A stretch of 64,000 bases of DNA from Nevskiaceae bacterium (GTDB lineage Bacteria; Pseudomonadota; Gammaproteobacteria; Nevskiales; Nevskiaceae). Positions 26,316 to 35,192 of the stretch are shown piece after piece; the stretch's first letter is position 1; each line of letters begins with the position of its first letter. The notes beneath the pieces were generated by a model. It was not told the DNA's origin. It was given only the letters and a program-made list of their open reading frames with translations, and did no database searches. The position numbers and the translations under genes are program-made. The stretch covers positions 9,856-73,855 of the forward strand of contig DASRHK010000026.1 of NCBI GenBank assembly GCA_035650495.1. Direction: 5' to 3'.

Positions 26316-28262
26316 CTACAACGGCACGCCGAGCTGCCCGGGCTGCGAGGGACCGCCGCGCGTGCGCGTGAACGACAGCGTGTCGCGCCAGCCGCGCGGA
26401 TTCGGATCGTTCGCGCTCTTGCGCACGGGCCGCGACTTGTTGAGCCACGCCGCGAGCGCGCTCACTTTCGGATAGGTGAACAGGTCCATCAGCTCGAGGT
26501 CGCGGCGGATCTCGACGCGGATCATCGCGTGCGCCTGCTCGAGCTGCAGCGAAGTGCCGCCCTGATCGAAGAAGTTGTCGTGCAGGCCGACGCTGTCGTT
26601 GCCGAGCACTTCGCGGAAGATGCGCAGCAGCTTGCCCTCGATGCTGTCGGCCGACATCAGGCTGCGGCTCGGCGGCGGCGGCGGCACGCGCTCGGCGAGC
26701 GCGGCGCGATCGACGCGGCCGTTGGACGCGAGCGGGAGCACGTCGACCACCTGCACCACGCACGGGACCATGAAGTCCGGCAGCATCATCTGCATGTACG
26801 CGCGCAGCTCGCCGGTCGACACCGCGCTGCCGGCCGGCGGCGTGACGAAGGCCGCGAGCTGTCGCTGCTCCACCTCGCCCACCGCGATGACCGCGACGTC
26901 GTTGATCATGCCGCTGCGCCGTGCCGCGGCTTCGACGCGATCGAGGTCGACCCGCTTGCCGCTGCTGCGCACGCTGCGATCGCCGCGCGAGATGAGCTCG
27001 AGCGCGCCGTCCGCGCGACGGCGCACGCGATCGCCGGTGCGGAACACGCGCTGCACCGTGCCTGCGGCATGGGTGAAGCGCTCGGTGGTGAACTGCGAGC
27101 GATTGAGATAGCCGTGCGCGAGCCCGGCGCCGCCGATGTAGAGCTCACCCTCGCGCTCGTCGTTGATGACGCGGCGCGCCTCGTCGAGCACGAGCGCCTG
27201 CGTCTGCGCGACCGCGGTTCCGATCGGCAGCGCGTCGACCACCGGCGTGTCGACCGCAACCACGTGCGAGCACGCGAGCGCCGCCGTCTCGGTCGGGCCG
27301 TAAGCGATGACGATGCGGGTGCCGGTCAGCGCCTGGCGCGCGCGCTCGACGTGCACGGTCGACGGCAGGTCGCCGCCGACGATGAGCTGGCGCAGCGATT
27401 TCAGGGTGTCGATCCGCTGATCGACCATCTGGTGGAACACGCCGGCGTTGAGCCATGCGGTGGTCACACCGTGGCGATGGATGGTCTCGGCGATGCCTTC
27501 GAGCGACGGATGCATCGCCGACACGATCGCGAGCTTGCTGCCGTTGAGCAGCGCGCCCCAGACCTCGAAGCTCGCCGCGTCGTAAGCGAGCGGCGACAGC
27601 TGCAGCATGACTTGCTCGGGACCGAGCTCGATGCCGTCGAGCGATTGCGCGAAGCGCAGCAGCGCGCGATGCGGGATCTGCACGCCGCGCGGCTGCGCGT
27701 TCGGCGCGCACGTGTAGAGCACGCAGGCGAGGTCCTCGGCGCCGATGACCGGCATGGTGAGCATGTTGCGCCGCGTGTGCAGCGGCGCCTCGGGACCGAC
27801 GTCGAGCGTCGGACAGCTCCAGAAATGCGGCACGCGGCTCTGGCGCAGCTGCTCTTCCTGCACCAGCATCAGCGCCGGCGTCGCGTCGTCGCAGATGTAG
27901 CGCAGCTGCTTGGCGGAATGCGTGGGATCGAACGGCAGGCAGGTGCCGCCGGCCTTGAGGATGCCGATCATCGCGGCGATCGTCTCGGGGCCGCGCGGCG
28001 CGAACAGCCCGACCATGGTGCCGCGGCCGACGCCCATGTCGACCAGCTTGCGGGCGACGGCGTCGGAGCGCGCGTCGAGCGCCCAGTAGGACAGCTCGCG
28101 ATGCCCGCACACCATCGCGGTGCGCGAGCCGGAGCGCTCGACCTGCTTGCGGAAGGCGTCCTGGATCGACTGCGGACGCATCAGGCTCTGCAGGCGCTCC
28201 TGCAGCGCGCTCTGCCGGCTGGGTTGTTCTGCGAGTGACATGGCTGGAGCCCCTCTCGTCAA
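26316..28262 (-). CDS. stand-alone NRPS A-T didomain protein with degenerate adenylation core motifs
   Basis: A-domain fold (AYGPTETA, FRTGDRV). However, A3 reads LYTCAPNAQPRGV instead of YTSGSTGxPKG, and A10 reads NGRVDR instead of NGKxDR. The T domain FFDQGGTSLQ is intact. Confidence 0.88.
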   Translation of the reverse strand: MTRGAPAMSLAEQPSRQSALQERLQSLMRPQSIQDAFRKQVERSGSRTAMVCGHRELSYWALDARSDAVARKLVDMGVGRGTMVGLFAPRGPETIAAMIGILKAGGTCLPFDPTHSAKQLRYICDDATPALMLVQEEQLRQSRVPHFWSCPTLDVGPEAPLHTRRNMLTMPVIGAEDLACVLYTCAPNAQPRGVQIPHRALLRFAQSLDGIELGPEQVMLQLSPLAYDAASFEVWGALLNGSKLAIVSAMHPSLEGIAETIHRHGVTTAWLNAGVFHQMVDQRIDTLKSLRQLIVGGDLPSTVHVERARQALTGTRIVIAYGPTETAALACSHVVAVDTPVVDALPIGTAVAQTQALVLDEARRVINDEREGELYIGGAGLAHGYLNRSQFTTERFTHAAGTVQRVFRTGDRVRRRADGALELISRGDRSVRSSGKRVDLDRVEAAARRSGMINDVAVIAVGEVEQRQLAAFVTPPAGSAVSTGELRAYMQMMLPDFMVPCVVQVVDVLPLASNGRVDRAALAERVPPPPPSRSLMSADSIEGKLLRIFREVLGNDSVGLHDNFFDQGGTSLQLEQAHAMIRVEIRRDLELMDLFTYPKVSALAAWLNKSRPVRKSANDPNPRGWRDTLSFTRTRGGPSQPGQLGVPL

Positions 28263-28341
28263 CAGTTGCCTGGCGGTGCCCCCGGCCGCGCATGCACGCG
28301 TTGACTCAGGGCCATCGTGCCGAAGGGCCTTCGCGCGATCT

Positions 28342-28355
28342 GTCCGTTAGCGGAC
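28342..28355. promoter_or_regulatory. inverted repeat GTCCG-N4-CGGAC (copy 1), upstream of the A-T gene
   Basis: gtccgttagcggac is a perfect 5+4+5 palindrome. It lies 12 nt past the stop of the secreted-protein gene and about 80 nt upstream of the A-T start. Confidence 0.4.
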
Positions 28356-28366
28356 TCATGCGCGCG

Positions 28367-29029
28367 TCACAGGCAGGGACAGGTCAGGATCCCGGACTGC
28401 GCGTGCGAGATGACGATGTCGGCGCCGGCCACGCCGGCTACGCCGGGGATGATCAGATGGATCGCGTTCACCGAGATCGTGTTGACGTCGGGATGCGTCT
28501 GCTCGTTCATGATCAGCGTGCCGATGCCGATCAGCGTGCGCTTGTCGTTGACCTTGTGGTTCCAGGTGATGCCCTTGCCGTTGATGGTCAGGTTGACGAG
28601 GTTCGCCATGCCCGCCGTGCTCACGGTCATCGAGTCCTCGTGACAGCGCGCCTCCGAATCGGCCTCGATGAGATCGGCCTTGATCGTCACGCCGTGCGCC
28701 TTGATCACGAGCTTCTGCACCGCCGCGCTCGCCGCGCTGACGTCGTTGTCGCCCGAGGCGACGGCGCTCAGCGTCTGCGAGTGGACTTCGGTCGGCGCGG
28801 GATTGTCGAAGGTCACCACGGTCGCGTCGCGCGTCGCACCGGTCGGATCGATCTCGCCGGTGTCGGCGACGACGACCTTGGTGCTCGACTTCAGCAGGTT
28901 CGCCTGCGCGTTGACCACGGTGGCGCGGCCGGAATACGCGGTCACGCCGCCGCAGGCGTGAGCCGATTGCCAACTGCAGATCGCCGCCGCCACCAGCACG
29001 GGCGCGACCAGACGGGTACGAGAGTCCAT
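28367..29029 (-). CDS. secreted hypothetical beta-rich protein
   Basis: ATG at 29029. Signal peptide MDSRTRLVAPVLVAAAICSWQSAHA. Ser/Thr/Val-rich sequence ending ...ILTCPCL, with no PEP-CTERM or LPXTG tail. Confidence 0.6.
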   Translation of the reverse strand: MDSRTRLVAPVLVAAAICSWQSAHACGGVTAYSGRATVVNAQANLLKSSTKVVVADTGEIDPTGATRDATVVTFDNPAPTEVHSQTLSAVASGDNDVSAASAAVQKLVIKAHGVTIKADLIEADSEARCHEDSMTVSTAGMANLVNLTINGKGITWNHKVNDKRTLIGIGTLIMNEQTHPDVNTISVNAIHLIIPGVAGVAGADIVISHAQSGILTCPCL

Positions 29030-29095
29030 GACACGAAGCCTCCAGATGCACTCTCTCCCTGGCGATCTTGTAGCCCGGCCGCCAGCGCGTTTTCT

Positions 29096-29145
29096 GTCCG
29101 CTAAAGGACGCCTGAAAGCGACACTTTTTAGGTCCGCGATCGGAC
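29096..29145. promoter_or_regulatory. two further GTCC(G)-N-(C)GGAC inverted repeats in the divergent promoter region
   Basis: gtccgctaaaggac (29096-29109, 4-bp arms) and gtccgcgatcggac (29132-29145, perfect 5+4+5). They lie between the secreted-protein gene (start 29029, - strand) and the priming transferase (start 29210, + strand). Confidence 0.4.
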
Positions 29146-29209
29146 GGAACGTCGCCGCCCGCCGACCCATGATGGCCTCGCATCTCGACGCTGCTCGGAG
29201 GCAGCCCCG

Positions 29210-29986
29210 ATGGCCAACGATCTACGCGATCCAGGGTTCCTGGAAGGTCCCCACGGCACCACGCCGATGTCCCTGCTCGCCCCCTTCCGGTGGGTCGTCG
29301 CCGAGCGCCTGCCGCTGTCGCACGCGCAGGTCATCGGCTCCTACCTGCTGCAGGCGCCGCCGCCACCGATCCCGCGCCACATCGCGCTGATCAAGCGCGC
29401 GATGGACATCGTCGGCGCCACCATCGCGCTCCTGCTCGCATCGCCGATCCTGCTGTTCACCATCATCGCGCTGTGGCGCAGCGGCGGACCGATCTTCTTC
29501 TCGCAGACGCGCATCGGGCTCAACGGCCAGAGCTTCCGCTGCTGGAAATTCCGCTCGATGGTGCCCAACGCCGAGGGCGTCCTGAAGGCGCTGCTCGAGC
29601 GCGATCCGGCGTTGCGCGCCGAATGGATGTGCGGCCAGAAGCTCAAGCGCGATCCGCGCATCACCCGGCTCGGCCATTTCATCCGCAAGACCAGCATCGA
29701 CGAGCTGCCGCAGCTGTGGAACGTGCTGCGCGGCGACATGAGCCTGGTCGGCGCGCGGCCGATCCTGCCGAGCCAGATCGTTCACTACGGCCGCAATGCG
29801 AAGTGGTATCTCGCGATGCGCCCGGGCATCACCGGCCTGTGGCAGGTGACCGCGCGCGGCGACGACGACTTCGACCGGCGCGTGCGGCTCGACTGCGCCT
29901 ACGCGCGCAACTACCGCTTCAGCAAGGACGTCTACATCCTGTTCAAGACGGTGTTCGTGGTCCTCTCGGGCCGCGGCGCGATGTAA
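29210..29986 (+). CDS. polyprenyl-phosphate sugar phosphotransferase (bacterial sugar transferase, WbaP/EpsB C-terminal type)
   Basis: KRAMDIVGATIALLLASPILL, PIFFSQTRIGLNGQSFRCWKFRSM, KRDPRITRLGHFIRKTSIDELPQLWNVLRGDMSLVGARP. The start may instead be 29267. Confidence 0.92.
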   Translation: MANDLRDPGFLEGPHGTTPMSLLAPFRWVVAERLPLSHAQVIGSYLLQAPPPPIPRHIALIKRAMDIVGATIALLLASPILLFTIIALWRSGGPIFFSQTRIGLNGQSFRCWKFRSMVPNAEGVLKALLERDPALRAEWMCGQKLKRDPRITRLGHFIRKTSIDELPQLWNVLRGDMSLVGARPILPSQIVHYGRNAKWYLAMRPGITGLWQVTARGDDDFDRRVRLDCAYARNYRFSKDVYILFKTVFVVLSGRGAM

Positions 29987-29995
29987 TCCATCGTC

Positions 29996-31093
29996 ATGCG
30001 AGGGCTCGCATTCATCGCGCTCCTCTGCGCCGCGCTCTGCGCGCACGCCTCGTCATGGCCCGACTGGGATCGCTTCGCCGATCGCTTCGTCGAGCCTGAC
30101 GGCCGCGTGGTCGATCTCACCTTCGATCAGAAGAGCACGTCCGAAGGCCAGAGCTACGGCATGTTCTTCGCGCTGGTCGCCAACGATCGCGCGCGCTTCG
30201 ACCAGATCCTGCGCTGGACCAACGACAACCTCGCCGGCGGCAAGCTCGGGGAGCGCCTGCCCGCGTGGCACTGGGGCAAGCGCGACGATGGCAGCTGGGG
30301 CGTGATCGACGACAACGCCGCCGCCGACGGCGAATTGTGGATGGCGTACTCGCTGCTGCAGGCCTCGCAGCTCTGGAACGATCCGGGTTACATGGTGCTC
30401 GCGCGCAAGCTGATGGCGCAGATCGCCAGGCAGGAGGTCGCGCACGTCGACGACGCGCACGCATGGCTGCTGCCGGGACCGGTCGGCTTCGTCATCGACG
30501 GCAACCGCCTGCGCATCGATCCCTCCTATCTGCCGCAGTTCGTGTTCGCGGCGTTCGCCCAGGCCGATCCGCAAGGTCCCTGGGAGACGATCTGGAAGAC
30601 CTACGCCGAAGCCGCGCCGAAGATCTACGCGTCGGGTCTCGCGCCCGATCTGTTCATCGTCGAGCCGAACGGCCGCATCTCGCCGGATCCCGAGCGCGGC
30701 ATCGGCAGCTATGACGCGATTCGCGTCTATCTGTGGGCCGGCATGTCGGGGCGTCGCGGCGAGCCGCTGCTGCGCGAGCTCAGCCGCTTCGACGACATCG
30801 TGCGCGCGCGGGGACGTCCGCCGGAGAAAGTCGATCCCGCGAGTGGCGCCATGCTCGGCGATTTCTCGCCGATCGGATTCTCGGGCGCGGTGCTGCCGTA
30901 TCTGCAAGCGCTCGGCGATGCGATGACGCTGCGCAAGCAGCAGGTGCGCCTGAAGATCTCGCAGCTCGCGGCGACGGCGGGTGCGTCGACCGCCTACTAC
31001 GATCAGGCGTTGATCCTCTTCGGCAAGGGCTGGGTCGACGGCGCGTATCGCTTGGACGACGACGGCCGGCTCGTCCCGGGCTGGTCGAGATAG
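29996..31093 (+). CDS. glycoside hydrolase family 8 endoglucanase (BcsZ-like)
   Basis: Signal peptide, GH8 signature STSEGQSYGMFFAL, plus AADGELWMAYSL and SYDAIRVYLW. Confidence 0.88.
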   Translation: MRGLAFIALLCAALCAHASSWPDWDRFADRFVEPDGRVVDLTFDQKSTSEGQSYGMFFALVANDRARFDQILRWTNDNLAGGKLGERLPAWHWGKRDDGSWGVIDDNAAADGELWMAYSLLQASQLWNDPGYMVLARKLMAQIARQEVAHVDDAHAWLLPGPVGFVIDGNRLRIDPSYLPQFVFAAFAQADPQGPWETIWKTYAEAAPKIYASGLAPDLFIVEPNGRISPDPERGIGSYDAIRVYLWAGMSGRRGEPLLRELSRFDDIVRARGRPPEKVDPASGAMLGDFSPIGFSGAVLPYLQALGDAMTLRKQQVRLKISQLAATAGASTAYYDQALILFGKGWVDGAYRLDDDGRLVPGWSR

Positions 31094-31902
31094 CTGCGGC
31101 GCTCGCGCAGGTACGCAGCGTCGTTGGACGCCGGACGCAGCAGGAACTGCGTGCGGCCGAGCAAGCCGAAGATGCGCGGACCGCGCACCAGATAACGCGA
31201 AGCCAGCCGCCGCGGGCTCTGCAGCAGCCGGTACAGCCACTCGAGCCCGCACTTGCGCATCCACTGTGGTGCGCGCTTCTCCTCGCCGGTCAGGAAATTC
31301 ACCGACGCTCCGACGCACAGCGCCATGCCGTGCGCCGCGCGGCGCTCGCGCAGCTTCTGCGCGACGATCTCCTGCTGCGGCGACCCCACCGCGAGCAGGC
31401 AGAAGCGGAACGGGCTGTGCGCCTCGATGAACTCGAGGCACTCCTCCACGGCCGCGCGATCGCGGATGAAGCCCATCGGCGGATTGAAGTGGGCGAGATC
31501 GGTTAGCCCGAAGCGCTCGCGCAGCTTCTGCGCCTGCTCGGCCGTGCCGCCGATCAGCACGAGCTTGTCGTTTGGCGCGATCACCTTGGTGAACAGCGAC
31601 GCGACGAGATCGCTGCCCGTGCAGACCGGCAGCCGCACGCCGCGGAACAGCCGCAGCAGATGTGCGATCAACCGGCTGTCGAGCAGCACATACGCCGCCG
31701 ACGCGTAGAGCGAGCGGAATTTCGGATCGTCGTGCAACCGCAGCACGTGATCGGCGTTGGGCGTCACGACGTAGCCGTAGCGGCGATCGCCGAAGCCCGC
31801 CGCGACGCCCGTGAACTGGCCGAGATCGAAATCGTCGATCGGGCACGGCACTGGCGGCGGCGAATAAGGCGCGAGCGGGAGCTGGTCGATGACGCGGTCC
31901 AT
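31003..31902 (-). CDS. WecB/TagA/CpsF family (GT26) glycosyltransferase
   Basis: YVVTPNADHV, LLDSRLIA, LIGGTAE, FCLLAVGSPQQE, GVGASVNFLTGEEKRAPQWMRKCGLEWLYRL. ATG at 31902. The C-terminal 45-aa tail overlaps the GH8 gene convergently. Confidence 0.82.
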   Translation of the reverse strand: MDRVIDQLPLAPYSPPPVPCPIDDFDLGQFTGVAAGFGDRRYGYVVTPNADHVLRLHDDPKFRSLYASAAYVLLDSRLIAHLLRLFRGVRLPVCTGSDLVASLFTKVIAPNDKLVLIGGTAEQAQKLRERFGLTDLAHFNPPMGFIRDRAAVEECLEFIEAHSPFRFCLLAVGSPQQEIVAQKLRERRAAHGMALCVGASVNFLTGEEKRAPQWMRKCGLEWLYRLLQSPRRLASRYLVRGPRIFGLLGRTQFLLRPASNDAAYLRERRSYLDQPGTSRPSSSKRYAPSTQPLPKRINA

Positions 31903-31987
31903 GACCGCATGTTCGCCGCGCCATGGATCGGGGTCTGTCCGGGGACGGACACTGCGCCAGTCCCTCGGTACGGGACCGTACATTGGC

Positions 31988-33247
31988 TCAGACGCTCGGG
32001 GTGTCGGGATTGAACACGGGCTCGACGCGCTGCGGCTCGTCGCTCGGCGTCCCCATCGGATAGCTGAGCCGGATCTGCCCGCCGACGAAGGCATCGTTGA
32101 AGCGCTCTTCAGCGAGCGTGGAGCGCCGGTCGCGATAGCCGCCGAAAATCCGCAAGCCGAGCCAGTCGAACAGCTGGTAGCCGAGCGCGATCTGGCTCAG
32201 ATGGATCTCGTCGACGCGGCCGCCGGGCTCGTTGGAGAACTCGGAGAGCCGCTGGAACTTGCTGTGCGTGAACGTGTAGCCGCCTTCGAGACGGATCTTC
32301 AGCGTCGGCTGCCAGGCGATCTCGCCGCCCGCACCGGTGTCGACGACGACGTCCGCGCCGGCGAGATAGCCGCCCATGCGGCGGAAGCCTTCGAGCTTGA
32401 GCGAGGTCAGCGCGGTGAGGTCGCGCCTGTAGGCGATGTCGCCGGAGAAGCCGTTGACGGTCAGGCCGTCCCCTTGCAGATGCGTGTAGCCGAGATCGGC
32501 GTCGAATTCGGAGATCTCGCTCGCCTTGTAATTGAGCGTGAGGTCGCCGGTGGTCGTGCGGAAGCGCGGCGCGTCGGGAATGCCGCTGAAGCGGCCTTCG
32601 CCATAGCTGCCCTCGACGCCGACGGAGAAGCGCGCCTCCGTCGTGTACTTGAGGCCCGCAGTTCCGGTCGATTGGCGCAGCGCGAAGTCCGGGAAATCGG
32701 GCTGCGTAGGGTCGGCGCTGGTCAGCGGCGAGTCGAGCTCGTAGTAGTGGCCGCCCGTCTCCAGGCGCCAGTGCGGGCCGAAGTTGACGTTGAGCGTGGC
32801 GTCGCCCGCGCGCTCGGTCTCCAGCGTGAGCTCGGTGTCACGGCGGTTGATGAACGATGCCGCGCGGCGCGTCTGGTGGGCGTCGATCGAGCCGTCGACG
32901 CGCTCCTGCGCATTCCAGCGGATGCCCGCCTTCGCCGTGTACTCGTTGTGATCGAGCTCGTCGAAGTAGTCGTAGTCGTAGCGCCGCCCCTCGAAGCCGG
33001 CGAAGATGCGCTGCAGCCCGAACCGGTAGCCGGCGTCGACGCCGGCCATCGCTTCGAAAATCGAATCATCGCGCCGCGGATCGCCGCGGAATTTCTCGGC
33101 GAGCGCCCGCGACAGGCTGAACACGTTGGAATCGTACATCTCCTGCGCTGCGAGGTACGGGTCCGCGTAGACCTCTGCGGCGGCAATTCCGGGACACAGC
33201 AGCACGGCTGCTGTGACGACCGACTTGCGAACGTCGCGCGACGCCAT
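31988..33247 (-). CDS. EPS-locus outer-membrane beta-barrel protein (EpsL-like / uncharacterised)
   Basis: Signal peptide MASRDVRKSVVTAAVLLCPGIAAA. Alternating beta-strand pattern with aromatic-ended strands, and a C-terminal ...FVGGQIRLSY segment. Confidence 0.6.
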   Translation of the reverse strand: MASRDVRKSVVTAAVLLCPGIAAAEVYADPYLAAQEMYDSNVFSLSRALAEKFRGDPRRDDSIFEAMAGVDAGYRFGLQRIFAGFEGRRYDYDYFDELDHNEYTAKAGIRWNAQERVDGSIDAHQTRRAASFINRRDTELTLETERAGDATLNVNFGPHWRLETGGHYYELDSPLTSADPTQPDFPDFALRQSTGTAGLKYTTEARFSVGVEGSYGEGRFSGIPDAPRFRTTTGDLTLNYKASEISEFDADLGYTHLQGDGLTVNGFSGDIAYRRDLTALTSLKLEGFRRMGGYLAGADVVVDTGAGGEIAWQPTLKIRLEGGYTFTHSKFQRLSEFSNEPGGRVDEIHLSQIALGYQLFDWLGLRIFGGYRDRRSTLAEERFNDAFVGGQIRLSYPMGTPSDEPQRVEPVFNPDTPSV

Positions 33248-33301
33248 TGGCTCCTCCCCTGACGCGCCGAGGCCACGGCGCGGGCAAATGGATGTCGGTG
33301 A

Positions 33302-34261
33302 TTACCTCGCCGGATGCGGATCGAAGAACGCGCCGTTGGCTGCCGGACGCATGTCGCTCGCGAAGCGCTTCACCATCATCGGCGAGCGCTCGCTGCCCGG
33401 CGCCGGCGGCACCTGCAGGTGCAATGCGGAGTGCGCGGCCGTCGGCAGCGAGGCAGCGACGGTGCGCGCGTCGCCCGTCGAGAGCGGCGGCGCCGTCTCG
33501 GCGAACTCGCGCTTCACGGCGTGATAGCACTCGCAGGCCTGGCGCTCGAGGCGGATGCGATCCAGCACGAGGATCTTGCCGCGCTGGCAGCGCAGCAGGC
33601 CGCCTTTGCGCAGCCGGCTCGCGGCTTCGGTGACGCCGGCGCGGCGCACGCCGAGCGCGTTGGCGATCATCTCCTGCGTGAGGCTCAGCTGGTTCGAATC
33701 GCTGCGATCGAGCGCCATCAGCAGCCAGCGGCACAGCTGCTGCTCCACGGTGTGATGGCGATTGCACACGGCCATCTGCGCCGACTGCATCAGGAGCGCC
33801 TGCATGTAGCGCAGCAGGACCTGGCGCACGGCCGGCGAGCGATTGAATTCCTCGCGCAGCAGCGACACCTTCATGCGGTACGCAAGTCCGGCGACCTGGA
33901 CCACCGCCTGCGTCGTGCCGGAGCTGCCGGCGACGAACAGATTGACGCCGACGACACCTTCATTGCCGACGCTGGCGACTTCGGTGCTGCCGCCGTCCTC
34001 CGTCAGGCACACCATCGAGACGATGGCATCGACAGGGAAATAGACGTAGCTCGCGACCATTCCCGGCTCGGCGAGCACCTGGCCGCTCGACAGGCGAACC
34101 AGGTCGAGCGAGGCGCCCCAGCGGCGCAGCTCGTCCGACGGGAACGCTTGCAGAAGACGATTGCGGAACAGCTTGCGCGGGCTCTCCGCGGCTTCCCAAT
34201 GAACAGATCCGACCACGGGCTCGACGCGCTCGACGACCCGAACGGCACTTGTTTTTGTCAT
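33302..34261 (-). CDS. Crp/Fnr family transcriptional regulator with extended C-terminus
   Basis: cNMP-binding-like barrel (YVYFPVDAIVSMV...GNEGVVG). HTH LSLTQEMIANALGVRRAGVTEAASRL, then RLERQACECY. ATG at 34261. About 55 extra C-terminal residues. Confidence 0.8.
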   Translation of the reverse strand: MTKTSAVRVVERVEPVVGSVHWEAAESPRKLFRNRLLQAFPSDELRRWGASLDLVRLSSGQVLAEPGMVASYVYFPVDAIVSMVCLTEDGGSTEVASVGNEGVVGVNLFVAGSSGTTQAVVQVAGLAYRMKVSLLREEFNRSPAVRQVLLRYMQALLMQSAQMAVCNRHHTVEQQLCRWLLMALDRSDSNQLSLTQEMIANALGVRRAGVTEAASRLRKGGLLRCQRGKILVLDRIRLERQACECYHAVKREFAETAPPLSTGDARTVAASLPTAAHSALHLQVPPAPGSERSPMMVKRFASDMRPAANGAFFDPHPAR

Positions 34262-34553
34262 AAAAGCAGTCTCCGACGAAACACTGCTGGTGTTGCATGT
34301 CCCGGCAGTGCTGGCTTTCGTCCTCAGCGCCACCGGGTTTCTCTTCCCTGGCGCCATTCAGCAAGAGGGATGCCAGCGGCGGATTTCGCTTGCGGCACTC
34401 GTGGCTTGCGTGCGGTTCCGCACCTCCACGGATCGCGAACGTACGGTGTTGCGTTGCCTTTCAGCGACGTGCGCAAACGGCGCATCGCTCAAGTCATTGA
34501 TCACACGTCGCTTTGCGCTGTCTCTGTGCAGCGACGCCGGGGCGTACAAAAGA

Positions 34554-34569
34554 TGTGACGCAGATCACG
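34554..34569. promoter_or_regulatory. CRP-type palindrome TGTGA-N6-TCACG
   Basis: tgtgacgcagatcacg lies in the 445-bp divergent intergenic region between the Crp-family gene and the receiver gene. It matches the TGTGA-N6-TCACA consensus at 9/10 positions. Confidence 0.4.
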
Positions 34570-34706
34570 TCCGCTGAGTACGGTTCCGTACGCAAGCGGC
34601 GCGGGTTCATTGCAGGCCGCAAGAGATAGGAAGTACTGCACGCGCGCCGCGCGCAGCGACCGATCGAATAATCAAAGCGTTCGCAATCGCCGGCGCCGGA
34701 GCGTGT

Positions 34707-35120
34707 ATGAGCAAGATCCTGGTCATCGACGACGATCCGATGATCGTCGCCATCTACCGCAACGCGTTCTCCAAGCAGGGCTTCGAGGTCGACGTCGCCG
34801 AGGACGGCGCGGTGGGCCTGCAGAAATTCCATCTGGCCAAGCCCGACATCGTCCTGCTCGACATCAACATCCCCGGCTTGAACGGGCTCGACTGGCTGCA
34901 CACGATCCGCCACGAGCCGGGGCTCGATAAATTCCCGGTCGTCGTGCTCACCGGCGGCAACACCCGCGCCAACGTCATGTCGGCGTGGAGCTCCGGCGCC
35001 ACCTGCGTGATGTTGAAGTCGCGCGACGAGCCGCAACGCGTGATCGACGTGGTGAAAGCGGTCCTCGGCAATCACGGGCCGCAGACCTGGGGAGCCGACG
35101 CCGGCGCGCGGCATCACTAG
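34707..35120 (+). CDS. single-domain response regulator (CheY-like receiver)
   Basis: ILVIDDDP, DIVLLDINIPGLNG, PVVVLTG, and K in ...MLKS. Confidence 0.88.
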   Translation: MSKILVIDDDPMIVAIYRNAFSKQGFEVDVAEDGAVGLQKFHLAKPDIVLLDINIPGLNGLDWLHTIRHEPGLDKFPVVVLTGGNTRANVMSAWSSGATCVMLKSRDEPQRVIDVVKAVLGNHGPQTWGADAGARHH

Positions 35121-35192
35121 CAACCGCAGCTTGCGGCACCCGCGGCGGCGGGACATGATCGTTCCCCCGCCACCGGACTGGTCAGCCGCTGC

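Noticed and set aside
28367-29029. Secreted protein as a PEP-CTERM or other sorting-signal substrate
   Set aside because: The C-terminus (…HAQSGILTCPCL) lacks the PEP motif, a TM helix and an Arg cluster. A vague resemblance to 'choice-of-anchor' domains could not be substantiated by eye.
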